Below are positions 39,601 to 51,809 of a stretch of 64,000 nucleotides of DNA, piece after piece. A model generated the notes under the pieces. That model saw only the letters and a list, made by a program, of their open reading frames with translations. It was not told where the DNA came from and did no database searches. Position 1 is the stretch's first letter. The number at the start of each line of letters is the position of its first letter. A program made the position numbers and the translations under genes. The DNA comes from Squalus acanthias (taxonomy: Eukaryota). The stretch is taken from the NCBI GenBank assembly GCA_030390025.1, contig CM059431.1:151902001-151966000 (forward strand), read 5' to 3'.

Positions 39601-42600
39601 TCTGACATTGCTGTTGGTGATCATACTCTCACATTACTGGTGATATAATCTTACATTACTGGTGGTGACTCTAATCTCACAATACTGGTGGTGATCATAC
39701 TCTAACAGTACTGGTGGTGCTTCTACTCTAACATTACTGATGTTGACCCTGCTCTAATATTACTGGTGAGGACCCTACTCTAAAATTACTGCGGGTGATT
39801 CTACTTTAACGTTACTGGTGAGAATACTATTTAACATTACTGGATGTGACTCTACAATAACAACACTGGAGGTGACTCTACACTAACAATACTGGTGTGA
39901 ACCGTAGTTAACATTATTGTGGAGTTTCTTCTCTAACATTGCTGGTGAGGACACTACTATAACATTCCCGGTGGTGACTCTGTACTAGCATTATCGGTGG
40001 TGTCATGATTCTAACATTACTGGTGATGACCCTACTCTAACATTTATGGAGGAGACCATAATCTAACATTACTGGAAGTGACCCTTTTCTACCATTCCTG
40101 TTGGTGACCCAACTCTAACAATACTGCAGGTGATTATACTCTAACATTACTGGTGGTGACTCTACTCGAACATTACTTGTGGTGAATCTGTTCTAAAAGT
40201 ACTGATTGTGACGCTTCTCTAACATTATTGGTGGTGACCCAAATCTAACATTACTGGAGGTGATTATACTCCAACATTACTGGTGGTGACTCTACTCGAA
40301 CATTACTGGTGATGATTCTATTCTAAAAGTACTGGTGGTGACGCTACTCTCACATTATTTGGGGGTGACCCCACAATAAAATTACAGGTGGTGACCCTAC
40401 ACTCACGTTACTGGTAGTGATCATAAACGAACATTACTGGTGGTGAACCTACATTAACATTACTGGTGATGACCCTAATGTAATCCTACTGGTGGTGATT
40501 ATATTCTTACATTACTGGTGGCGACTATAATCTAACATTACTGGTGAGGACATAACTTCACATTACTGGTGTTGACTCTCCTCTAACAATACTGGAGATG
40601 ACACTACTTTAACTTTACTGGTGAGGACCGTACTTAACATTACTGCTATTGTCTGAACATTAGCATTACTGGTGGTGACTCTACGCTAACGTTACTGGTG
40701 GTGACCTTACTCTAACATACCTGTTGGTCAAATGTGAGCAGTCGCACAACACCACGTTTCTAGTCCAACAGCTTTATTTGAAATCACAAGCTTTCGGAAC
40801 GCTGCTCCTTCGTCAGCAGCGCTCCGACAGCTTGTGATTACAAATAAAGCTGTTGGACTATAACCTGGTGTTGTGCGACTTCTCACATTTGTCCACCCCA
40901 GTCCAACACCGGCATCTCCACATCATGATTACTGGTGGTGATCATAAAATATCATCACTGCTGTTGACACTATTCCAACACTACTGGTGTTGCATCCACT
41001 CTAACAATACTGGTGGTGACCCTGCTCTATCATTACTGGTGAGGACCATAATCTAAAATTACTGGTGGTGACTCTACACTAACAATTCTGGTGAGGACAC
41101 TACTTAACATTACTGTTGGTGAATCTACACTAATATTACTGGTGAGGACACTACTTAACATTATTGGTGGTGACTCTGCTCTAACAGTACTGGAGGTGAC
41201 TCTACTCTAACATTACTGATGAGGACCGTTCTTAACATTACTGGTGGTACTTCTGCTCTAACATTACGGTGAGGGCCCAACTCCAACATTACTGGCGACG
41301 ACCCTACTCTAACGTTAATGGCGGAGCCCATGCTCTTATCTGTTCTGGCTGTGACTCCGCTCTAACATTAGTGGTGGTGACTATATTCTAACATTACCGG
41401 TGGTGACCCTACTCTAAATTTAATGGTGGTGATCATATTCTAACATTACTGGTGGTGACTCTACTCTGATATTACTGGTGGAGATTATCTTCTAACATTT
41501 CTGGTGGTGACCCTACTCTGATATTACTGGTGGAGATTATATTCTAACATTTCTGGTGGTGACCCTACTCTGACATTGCTGGTGTTGATGATGCTATCAC
41601 ATTACTGGTGGTACACTCTTACATTACTGGTGGTGAATCTACTCTGACAAAACTGGTGGTGATCCTACTCTAACAAAACTAGTGGTGCTTGTACTCTAAT
41701 ATTACTGGTGGTTACCCTACTCTAAAATGACTGGATGAGGCTCTACTTTAACATTACTGGTGTGGACACTACTTAACATTACTGGATGTGACTCTACTAT
41801 AACAACACTGGAGGTGACTCTACACAAACATTCCTGGTGTGGACCGCAGTTAACATTATTGGCGGTTCTTCTTTTCTAACATTACTATTGAGGACACAAC
41901 TCTAACATTACCGGTGGTGACTCTACAGTATCATTACCTGTGGTTATCCGATTTTAACATTACTGGTGATGACCCTACTCTAACATTAATGGCGGAGACA
42001 AGAACCTAACATTACTGGATGTGACTAAGCTCCAACATTACTGGTGATGAGTTCAGTCTACATTAACTAGTGGAGACAATACGGTAACCTTACTGGCGAT
42101 GACCCTACACTAACACTACTGGTGGTGAGGAGACACTAACACTACTGGTGGTGACTCTAATCTAACATTAATGGTGGTGACCCTAATCGAACACTACTGA
42201 TGGTGACAGTACAATTGCATTCCTGGTGGTGACCCTAATCTACCATTACTGGTCGTGACCCTAATGTACCATTATTTGTGGTGACCCAACAATAACATTA
42301 CTGAAGGTGATGCTACTCTAAAATTACTGATGGTGACTCTACTCTAACATTATTGGTTGTGACACTCCTGTAATATTACTGTTGGTGATTCTACACTGAC
42401 ATTACTTTTGGTGACCCTATTATTACATTACTGGTGGTGACTCTACTAAAACATTACTGGTGGTGACTATACTTCAACATTACTGTTGGTGACTTTACTC
42501 TAACATTACTGTTGGTGACTCTACTCGAACATTACTGGTGGTGACTATACTTCAACAGTACTGTTGGTGACTCTACTCTAACATTACTGGTGGTGACCCG

Positions 42601-43510
42601 ACTGTAATAATAGTGGTGGTGACTCTACTCAAACATTTCTGGTGGTGACCCTAATCTAACATTACTGGTGGTGACTCTACTTTACCATTGCTGGTGGTGA
42701 ATCTACTCTAACATTATTGGTTGTGACTCTACTCTAACATAACTGGTGAGAACTCTACTTAACATTACTGGTGGTGACTCTACTCTAACAATAATGGAGA
42801 TGACTCTACTCTAACATTACTGATGAGGACCTTTCTTAACATTACTGGTGTTGCTTCAGATCTAACATTACGGTGAGGGCTCTATTACTACATTACTGGT
42901 GACGACGCTACTCTAACTTTATTGGCGGAGAGCATACTCTAATAATTTCTGGTTGTGACTCCGCTCTAACATTACTGGTAACTAGTCTAGTCTAAATTAA
43001 CTGCTGGAGACAATACTGTAAACTTACTGGCGATCAACCTATCCTAGCAGTACTGGTGGTGACTCTACTCTAGCATTGCTGGTGCTGACTATATTCTAAC
43101 ATTACTGGTGGTGACCCTACTCTAACAATACTGGTGGTGACCCTACTCTAACATTACTGGTGGTGACTATATTCTAACATTACTGGTGGTGACCCTACTC
43201 GAACATTACTGTTGGTGAATGTGCTTTAACATTAATGTTTGTGAACTACTCTAACATTACTGGTGCTGAACCTACTCTCACATTATTGTTGATGACACTA
43301 CTCTGACATTACTGGTGGTGATCATATGCTAACATTACTGCTGGTGACTCTACTCTGACATTACTGGTGATGATCATATGCTAACATTACTGCTGGTGAC
43401 TCTACTCTAACATTATTGGTGATGACCCTTCTCTAACATTGCCGATGGTGATCCGACTCTAACATTACCGATGATGATCCTTTCCTAAAATTACTGTTGG
43501 TGATCATAAG
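36690..43510. repeat. 26-bp minisatellite (consensus AACATTACTGGTGGTGACTCTACTCT), about 6.8 kb
   Basis: Direct tandem periodicity with diverged units. Confidence 0.97.
40729..40927. mobile_element. Penelope-like terminal fragment forming a long hairpin, with hammerhead core (minus strand, 40785-40816)
   Basis: Inverted arms of about 78 bp (40729-40807/40815-40891). Minus strand reads CTGACGA-A-GGAGC AGC GTTCC-GAAAGCTTGTG. Confidence 0.8.
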
Positions 43511-43519
43511 CTTTCATTT

Positions 43520-45533
43520 CATAATTGATATGACACGCTTGATAGTTGATAATGCACGCTTTTTAATTGATAATACGCGCTTAATAATTGACAGTACGCG
43601 TTTGATAATAGACAGGACACTCTTGATCATTGATAGGAGATGCCTGAGAATTGATAATACACGGTTGATAATTAATAGGACATGATTGATTATTGATAAG
43701 ACATGATTAATTACTGATAATTCACGCTTGATATTTGTTAGTACATGCTTGATAATTGATAATACACTCTTGATAATTGATAGGATATGCTTGATAATTG
43801 ATCGGACATGTTTGATAATTGATAGGACATTCTTGATATTTGATAATACACGTTTGATAATTGATAGGACATGTTTGATAATTGGTAATACTCGCTTGAT
43901 AATTGATAATACACGCTTGATAATTAGAAACATAGTAAAATAAGAGCAGGAGCAGGCCATTCGTCCCTTTGAGCCTGCTCTGCCATACAATATGACCATG
44001 GCTGATCCTGTATGTCACTACCATATCCCCGCTCTCTCCCCATAACCCTTGACGTCTTCAGCGTCTATAAATCTATCTATCTCCTTCTTAAATATATTCA
44101 ATGACTTGGCTTCCACTGACTTCTGTGCTAAAGAACTGCACAGTTTACCACCGTCTGAGTGAAGAAATTTCACCATCATCGCAGACTAAATGTCCTGCCC
44201 CGTATCCTGAGACTGTGACCCCTCGTTCTAGACTACCCAGTCAGGGGAAACATCCTCTCTGCTTCCAGTCTGTCTAGCCCTGTCAGAATTTTACACGTTT
44301 CAATGGGTTTCCCTCTCATTCTTCTAAACACGAATGAATACAAGTCTTGTCGACCCTATCTCTCCTCATACGAGAGTTATGCCATCCCATGATTCAGTCT
44401 GGTGAACCTTCGCTGCCCACCCTCTATGGCAAGTATATCCTTTCTTAAGTAAGGAGACCAAAACTGCACACATTACTCCAGGTCTGTTGTCACGAAGGCC
44501 CTGTATAACTGTAGTAAGACATCTTTGCTCCTGTACTCAAATCATCTTGCAATGATGGGCAACATACCATTTGCCTTCCTAACTGCTTGCTGCATCTCCA
44601 TGTTTGCTTTCAGTGACTGTTATACAAGGACACCCAGGTCCATTTTTACATCAACATTTCCCAATCTATCACCAGCTAAATAATGTTCTGCATTTCTGTT
44701 TTTCCTACCTAAGTGGATAACTTCACATTTATTCACGTTATACTGCATCTGCATGTATTTGCCCACTCACTCAACTTGTCTAAATCGCCTTGAAGCCTCT
44801 TTGCATCCTTCTCACAAATCACAATCCCACCTAGTTCCGTGTCGTCATTCAATTTGGAAATATTACATTTGCTTCCCTCAACCAAATCATTGATATATAT
44901 TGTGAATAGTGCCCAAGCACTGATCCCTGTGATACCCAACTATACACCGCCTGCCTCCTGAAAAATACCCATTTAATTCAACTCTCTGTTTCCTGTCTGT
45001 TAATCAATTTTAAATGCATGCCAGAATATTACCGCCAATCGCATGTGCTTTAACTTTTCAAACTAACCTCTTATTTGGTACTATATCAAAGGCCTTCTGA
45101 AAATCCAAATGCACCACATCTACTGATTCTCCCTTACCTATTCTACCATTTACATCCTCCAAAATGTATAGTAGGTTTGTCAAACACGATATCCCTTTCC
45201 TAAATCCATGCTGCCTTTTTCTAATCCCGTTGATATTTTCTAAGTGTCCTGTTATCACATCCTTTATAATAGATTCTAGCATTTCCCCTACTACTGATGT
45301 TAGGACGGGCTTGATAATTGATAGGAGACGACAGATAATTGATAATAGAGGTTTGATAATTGATAGCACCCACTTGATAATAGATAGGACATGTTTGGTC
45401 ATTGATTATACACGCTTAATAATTGATAGGACAGGCTGGATAATTGATAATACACGCTTGATCATTGGCAGGAAACGCTTGATAATTGATTATACACGCT
45501 TGAGAATTGACAGGACATGCTTTATAATTGATA
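43520..45533. repeat. 21-bp minisatellite interrupted by a CR1 (43926-45303)
   Basis: TTGATAATTGATA units at 43520-43925 and 45304-45533. Confidence 0.93.
43926..45303 (-). mobile_element. CR1 3' fragment, decayed
   Basis: HLDFQKAFD and FTIYINDL motifs; 3' stem-loop near 43940-44010. Confidence 0.88.
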
Positions 45534-48205
45534 CAAATGTATGAGCACAGGGGCCTGTGAGTGCAGCCAGCACTGAGTGTGGAGAGCACCGAGTGAACAA
45601 ATGGCAGTTTGGTAAGTGTGGGAGTTTATAGGTTAATCTCTTTTAATATCCCTTTTAAAATATAGTGGAAATTGCTCGTAGCTCTTAAGCAAGATGAACT
45701 GTTTAACTTAACATTTAAACTTTACATCTTTAAGTTTCTTCAGGCTTAAGTAGAGACAAACAAGTATGCTCTCCTGCTGGAAAGTTGCTGTAGTTAATTA
45801 GCTTACTAGATTAAACTGGTTCCTAAAAGAGTAGCAGAGCAGTGCTGTTTCATCTGAGTTATAAAAAGTAGAAACACCGGGGACTGTGAGTGCAGTGAGC
45901 ACAGACTGAAACACTGGGAGTTTGGTAAGTGTTGGAGTTTGGTTAAGTGGGGGAATAGTCGCTTGCATTTCCTAACTTCTCCCGCAGAGCAGCGGCGGAC
46001 CTGAGCGGGAGCAGACCGAGGCCCGAGAGCGGGGTTAAAAGCAGCAGCAGCCCTGCAACAACAAGAGAAAACGGCAGTGAGATTTCACAGTTAAGACAGG
46101 TAAGAAATTGTGAATGATTTTTGGCTATGTGTTAAGTTAATAAATAGCATATAACTAAATTTTAAACACTATACTTAATTTAATTAATTTAATAAACTAA
46201 ACGTGGTAAATAATTTGATTAACACTAAACTAATTAATTAAATAAACAAAACAATGGTAGAACAGGAGATGTGTTGCTGCTGCAATATGTGGAAGCTTCT
46301 GGACATTTTTGTCCAGGGCGACTACATCTGCGGTAAATGTCTGCAACTCGAGGGACTATGGCTCCGAATTGAGGAGCTGGAGTCCGAGCTGCTGAAATAG
46401 TGAGATATCAGCGAGGGAGAAAGTTACTTGGACCGTTTGCACCAGGAGGCAGCCACACCCCTTAGATTAAATACTTTAGAACTGACACGTGGTTCGGGAT
46501 AGGAGGGTGTGACTGCGAGCGAGGTAGGTTCGGGGATCGAGGAAATAGTATTGCAGGAGCCTCAGTCCCTGCACTTGTCCAATAGATTCGAGGTTCTTGC
46601 AACCCTTGTGGACCAGGGAGAGGACTGCGAGAAGGACGAGCAAACTGACCAGGGCACCGTGCTACAGGTAGCCGTTGAAGTGGGGGGAGTTAAAAAGAAG
46701 GTGATTGTAGTAGGCGACAGTACAGTTAGGGGGAAAGACAAATTTCTCTGCAGCCAGGAGCGTGAGTCTCGAAGGCTATGTTGCCTACCCGGTGCCAGGG
46801 TAAAGGACATCTCCTCAAGACTGGAGACGAACTTGGAGTGGGAGGGGGAGGATCCAGTTGTGGTGGTGCACGTAGGTACCAACGACATAGGTTCTGCTGA
46901 GAGAGTTTGAGCAGCTAGGGACTAAATTAAAAAGCAGAACCACAAAGGTCATAAACTCTGGATTATTACTGGAGCCACGAGCAATTTCGCATAGTATCAA
47001 TAGGATCAGGGAGATGAATGCGTGGCTCAAAGATTGGTATGGGAAAAGTGGGTTTCGATTCGTGGGGCACTGGCACCAGCACTGGGGAAAGAGGGAGCTG
47101 TTCCGTTGTGACAGAGTACACCTGTACCGTGCTTGGACCAGAGTTTTAGCGAATCGAATAACTCGTGAGGTAGATAGTACTTTCAACTAAATAACGGGGG
47201 TGGCTGGGAGGGTGGGGTGGAGGCGGGGGGGGGGGGGGGCTTGATGCGCGGGGAGGGGAGAGGGTCCCGGTGGAGGATAATCTAAAATGCTAAAGAGAAA
47301 AGACAAGGAAGCAGTGCCTGGAAGTGATTGGGGTAAGGGTAACCTTTTGGTGTAAGGAAGGGAAAGAGCATACAAACTAAGGAGTGCACGAACAAATAGG
47401 GTCCGTGTAAGAAAAAATGTTAAGACAAATAGGGCCATAATACAAAAAAAGTTAAGATGCCTAAAAATGTTAAAAAGACAAATCTAAAGGCACTGTATCT
47501 GAATGCACGAATCATTCAAAATAAGTTTCTGCAATTAACAACGGAAATGGATGAAAACGGATATGATATAATTGCGATCATGGAGACATGGCTGCATGGT
47601 GACCAAGGCTGGGAGCTGAAATTCCAAGGATATCCGATATTTAGGAAGGACAGGCAAAAAGTAAAAGGAGGTGGGGTGGCGTTGCTAATAAAAATGAAAT
47701 CCGAGCACAAGTGAGAAAAGATTTTGGCTCAAAATATAAAAAGTAGAATGAGTCTAGGTGGAGCTTAGAATCACCAAGGGGCAGAAAACATTGGTGGTAG
47801 TCGCCTATAGGCCTTCAAACAGTAGTGGTAATGTAGGGGATGGCATCACACTGAAAATTAGAGATGCATGTAACAAGGAAACTAAAGTAATTATGAGTGA
47901 CTTTAATCCAAATATAGACTGGCCAACCTAAATTAGCAATAACACTGTGAAGGATGAATTCCTGGAGTTTGTACGAGATGGTTTTTTAGACCAGTACGTT
48001 GAGGAGTCAACTCGGGAACAGGCTATACGAGATTGGGAATTGTGCAATGAGAAGGGGTTAATTAATAATCCTGTTGTGCGAGATCCTTTAGGGAAGATTG
48101 ACCATAACATGAGAGAATTCTTCATCAAGATGGAAAGTGAAGAATTCCAATTCGAAACTAGGGTCCTAAATCTAAACAAAGGAAACTACGAAGATATGAG
48201 GAGTT
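45534..48205 (+). mobile_element. CR1 subfamily 'D' 5' half: 5' UTR, ORF1 (ATG at about 46254), endonuclease
   Basis: CCCCNMW Zn-finger start, LSNRF, VGDS, HVGTND; LYLNAR and ETWL endonuclease motifs. Collinear with 9572-11380. Confidence 0.9.
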
Positions 48206-48215
48206 AGTTCAGTCC

Positions 48216-49255
48216 CATAAGAACATAAGAACATAACAAATAGGAGCAGGAGTAGGCCATTCGGCCCCTCGAGCCTGCTCCGCCAATCAATAAGATCATG
48301 GTTAATCTTCTACCTCATCTCCACTTTCCTGCACTATCCCCATATCCCTTGATTCCCTTAATATTCAATAATCCATCGATCTCTGTCTTGAATATACTCA
48401 ACGACTGAGCCTCCACAACCCTCTGCGGTAGAGAATTCCAAAGGTTTACCACTCTCTGAGTAATTTTTCCACATCTCAGTCCTAAATGGCCGAACCCTTA
48501 GTCTGAGACTGTGCCCCATGGGTTCTAGACTCCCCAACCAGGGGAAACATCCTACCTGAATCTAACTTGTCAAGCACTTTAAAAATGTTGTTTGTTTCAA
48601 TGAGATGACCTCTCATTCTTCTAACCTCTATGGAATATAGGCCGAGTCTACTCAATCTCTCCTCATAGAACAATCCCCCACATCCAAGGAATCAGTCTGG
48701 TGAACCTTCGTTGCATTCCCTCTCTGACAAGTACATTCTTCATTAGGTTAGGACACCAAAACTATTCCATTTGCCATGTTCTTGCCCACTAACTTTGCCT
48801 GTCTCTAGCCCCTTGAAGCCTCCTTGCATCCACCTCACAACTTACCTCCCACAAAGGCATGTATCATCAGCAAACTTAGATACATTATATTTGGTCCCCT
48901 CATCCAAGTCATTGATATGGAATGTGAATATCTGAGACCAAATCATAGATCCTTGCGGTAACCCACTAGTTACAGCCTGCCAACCCGAAAATGAGCCGTT
49001 TATTCCGACTCTCTGTTTCCTGTCCGTTAACCAATACTCAACACATGCTAGTATATTACCCCGAATCCCATGAGCCCTAATTGTGTTTAAATTCTGCTTG
49101 TGTGGTACCTTATCCAATGCCTTCTGAAAATCCAAATAAACCACCTCCACTGGCTCTCACTTTACTATTCTGCTAGTTACAACCTCAAAACATTCTAATA
49201 GATTCGTCAAACACGATTTCCCTTTCATAAATCCGTGTTCCCTACTACTGATGTC
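48216..49255 (-). mobile_element. CR1 3' fragment with an internal deletion
   Basis: [15 protein letters not shown] and KFADDT motifs; (TTATGTTC)n tail at about 48216-48240. Confidence 0.88.
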
Positions 49256-49298
49256 ACATATTAGTCTATTTAACTTCAAGAACTGGTCAGAAATGCCA

Positions 49299-49354
49299 TC
49301 CTGAAAAGTTCAGTCGGTAGATACTCAGACCTTTAATCTGAGGGTCTAGGGTTC
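49299..49354 (+). pseudogene. tRNA-Lys(UUU)-derived fragment (D arm to start of T arm)
   Basis: GTTCAGTCGGTAGA..CTCAGACCTTTAATCTGAGGGTCTAGGGTTC. Confidence 0.75.
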
Positions 49355-49474
49355 CTTCCTGCTATGCAAATTAAACTCGTTATTTTGTGACAAACGTTTG
49401 CCACAAGACCTGATTTTTTCAAATATAATGGGGCTGCATGGAAGATGGAATTGAGCATTTTGATTTAAAAGCAG

Positions 49475-49515
49475 CGCCTGTATAGGGACTTGAACCCTGG
49501 ACCCACAGATTAAAA
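49475..49515 (-). pseudogene. tRNA-Lys(UUU) 3'-half fragment
   Basis: Minus strand reads TTTTAATCTGTGGGTCCAGGGTTCAAGTCCCTATACAGGCG. Confidence 0.75.
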
Positions 49516-50016
49516 CACTTACGCTCCTGTCCCTGTTTAATATTGCTCACCCAGTTCCCAATGGAAGGACACGCTTTACCTGCTGACATTGAACATGATT
49601 TTGGTCGCATCCTGCATTTCCTACTTTATTATTGGTTCAAAGGCTGTGGGCGTCGCCGGTATGCTGACACGAACGATTTCCTAATGGGCCTGCTGATTAC
49701 ATGTTGAGCACATCTTTGCAGTTACCTCAGCTTGTCAGTATTGCCTGATCTATAATCATTTTAAAAGATCCCTTCCTAACAATAATATCTGTCTATTAAT
49801 AAATTGAATAACTTACATATATGTGCACTTCCTGTCTACAAAAGCTCAATATACCTTTCAAGTTTCTTCCAGACTTTGGTGTCGAATATTTCGCCCATTC
49901 TAAAATGGCTTGCCCAGATTTAGGACTGAAACGGCCCTGTAACCGGTCACGCTGCAATTGCGCTCTTTCGCCAGTGGTGACGCTGTAGATTCTCGGTTTC
50001 GCATATTCCTTCGGAT

Positions 50017-50160
50017 TCAGAAGCGCTGAACCCCAATGCAGGACTTCATATGAAATATGGGCTGACACTTCAGTGCAGTACTGAGAGAGCGCTGCATCGT
50101 TAGCGACACTGTCCGTTGACTGAAACTTAAAAAGCCGGACCTATCTGCCCACTGACAGTG
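50017..50160 (+). mobile_element. Degenerate DeuSINE-like core (paralogue of 23965-24115)
   Basis: GGCTGACACTTCAGTGCAGTACTGAGAGAGCGCTGCATCGT. Confidence 0.5.
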
Positions 50161-50216
50161 GCTGTGTGTGAGAAATGTGAGCCGCTGAAAGCTGTTGCAC
50201 AGAATTGAATGCATGA

Positions 50217-50290
50217 TCATACATAGTTCAGTCGGACAACGATAATACTTTTAATCAGATGGATCCTGGGTTCAAGTCCTTGTACAAGTG
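50217..50290 (+). pseudogene. tRNA-Lys(UUU)-derived relic (paralogue of 24166-24239)
   Basis: ATAGTTCAGTCGG...CTTTTAATC...GGGTTCAAGTCC; the B box is retained. Confidence 0.72.
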
Positions 50291-50439
50291 CTGCTTTTTA
50301 ACATGGCCCCGTTCTATTGGGTCAGGACACAATGGGGGACGGAATTGCTGAGGAGAACAGCGCCTGCAACATTCACACCAAGATTACAGAATAATAACAG
50401 ATAACCACCATTATAAAACCATTCATTGTTTCAACACTA

Positions 50440-51715
50440 AAGTTTTGATGAACATTTATAAAACACTGGGTCGGCCTCACATGGAGCATTGTGTCCAATT
50501 CTGTCCTCCGCACTTTTGGAAGGATGTCAAAGCTTTGAGAGGGTTCAGGAAAGATGGACAAGAATGGTTCCAGGGATGAGCGACTTCAGTTACGTGGATA
50601 TATTGGAGAAGCTGGGGCTGTTCTCTTTACAGCAGAGAATGTTGAGAGGAGATTTGATAGAGGTGTTCAAAATCATGAGGGTCTAGACAGAGTTGATCGA
50701 GAGAAACTGTTCCCATTTGCAGAAGGGTCCAGAAGCAGACGGCACAGATTTAAGGTGATTGGCAGAAGAATCGAAGGCGACATGAGGAAAAACATTTATT
50801 TTCGCAGCGAGAGGTTAGGATCTGGAATGCACTGCCTGAGAGAGTGGTGGAGGCAGATTGAATCGTGGCTTTCAAAACGGAATTCGAAGGAACAAAATTG
50901 CAGTGCTAGCGGGAAAGGGCGGGGGAGTGGGACTCGCTGAAGTGCTGTTGCAGGGAGCCGGAAAGGGCCTCCTTCTGCGCTGTAATGAGCTTCCGAACAC
51001 ATATCCGCAGCATAACAAAGAACACATATTTCCACATCCGTAACATCGCCCTTCTCCACCCTTGTCTCAGCTCATCTGCGGCTAAATACTCATCCATGCC
51101 TTTGTTACATCTAGACTTGATTATTCCAACGCACTCCTGGCTGGTCTTCACATTCTACCTTACATAAACTTGAGGTCATTCAAAACTCTGCTGCCCGTGT
51201 CCTAATTCGCACCAATTCCCGTTCACCGATCTCCCCTGTGCTCACTGACCTACACTGTCTCCCGGTTAAGCAACGCCTCATTTTTAAAATTCTCATTCTA
51301 TTTTTCAAATCCTTCCAAGGCCTCGCCCCTTCCTATCTCTGAAATCTCGTTCAGCCCCACAACGCCCCCCAGATATCTGTGCTCCTCTAATTCTGCCCTC
51401 TTGAGCATCCCTGATTATAATCGCTCTTCAATTGGTTACCTTGCCTTCTGTTGCCACGGCCCTAAGCCCTGTAATTCATAGCCTAAACCTCCCTGCCTCG
51501 CTAGCTCACTTTCCTCCTTTAAGACGCTACTTAAAACCTACCTCTTTGACCAATCTTTTGGTCACCTGCCCTAATTGCTCCTCATGAGGCTCGGTGTCAA
51601 AGTTTTCCTCTCATAATACTCCTGTGCAGCGCCTTGGGACATTTTACTACGTTAAAGGCGCTATATAAATACAAGTAGCTGTTTTTGTTGCTGTAACCAT
51701 TCTATGATTCTATGA
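50440..51715 (+). mobile_element. CR1 3' fragment with L2 3' fragment (50986-51690) inserted in its tail
   Basis: Collinear with 24390-25675. Confidence 0.85.
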
Positions 51716-51809
51716 TAAAGGAAAATGTATCGGTTATTTAACCTGCAGCGTCTCATTCTAGTATCTGCAGTGTAAGGCAGTTAACGCTGACGTCCACATG
51801 TTCTACTTT

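Noticed and set aside
36690..43510. CRISPR-like array
   Set aside because: Units are contiguous diverged 26-mers with no unique spacers, there are no cas genes, and the context is vertebrate.
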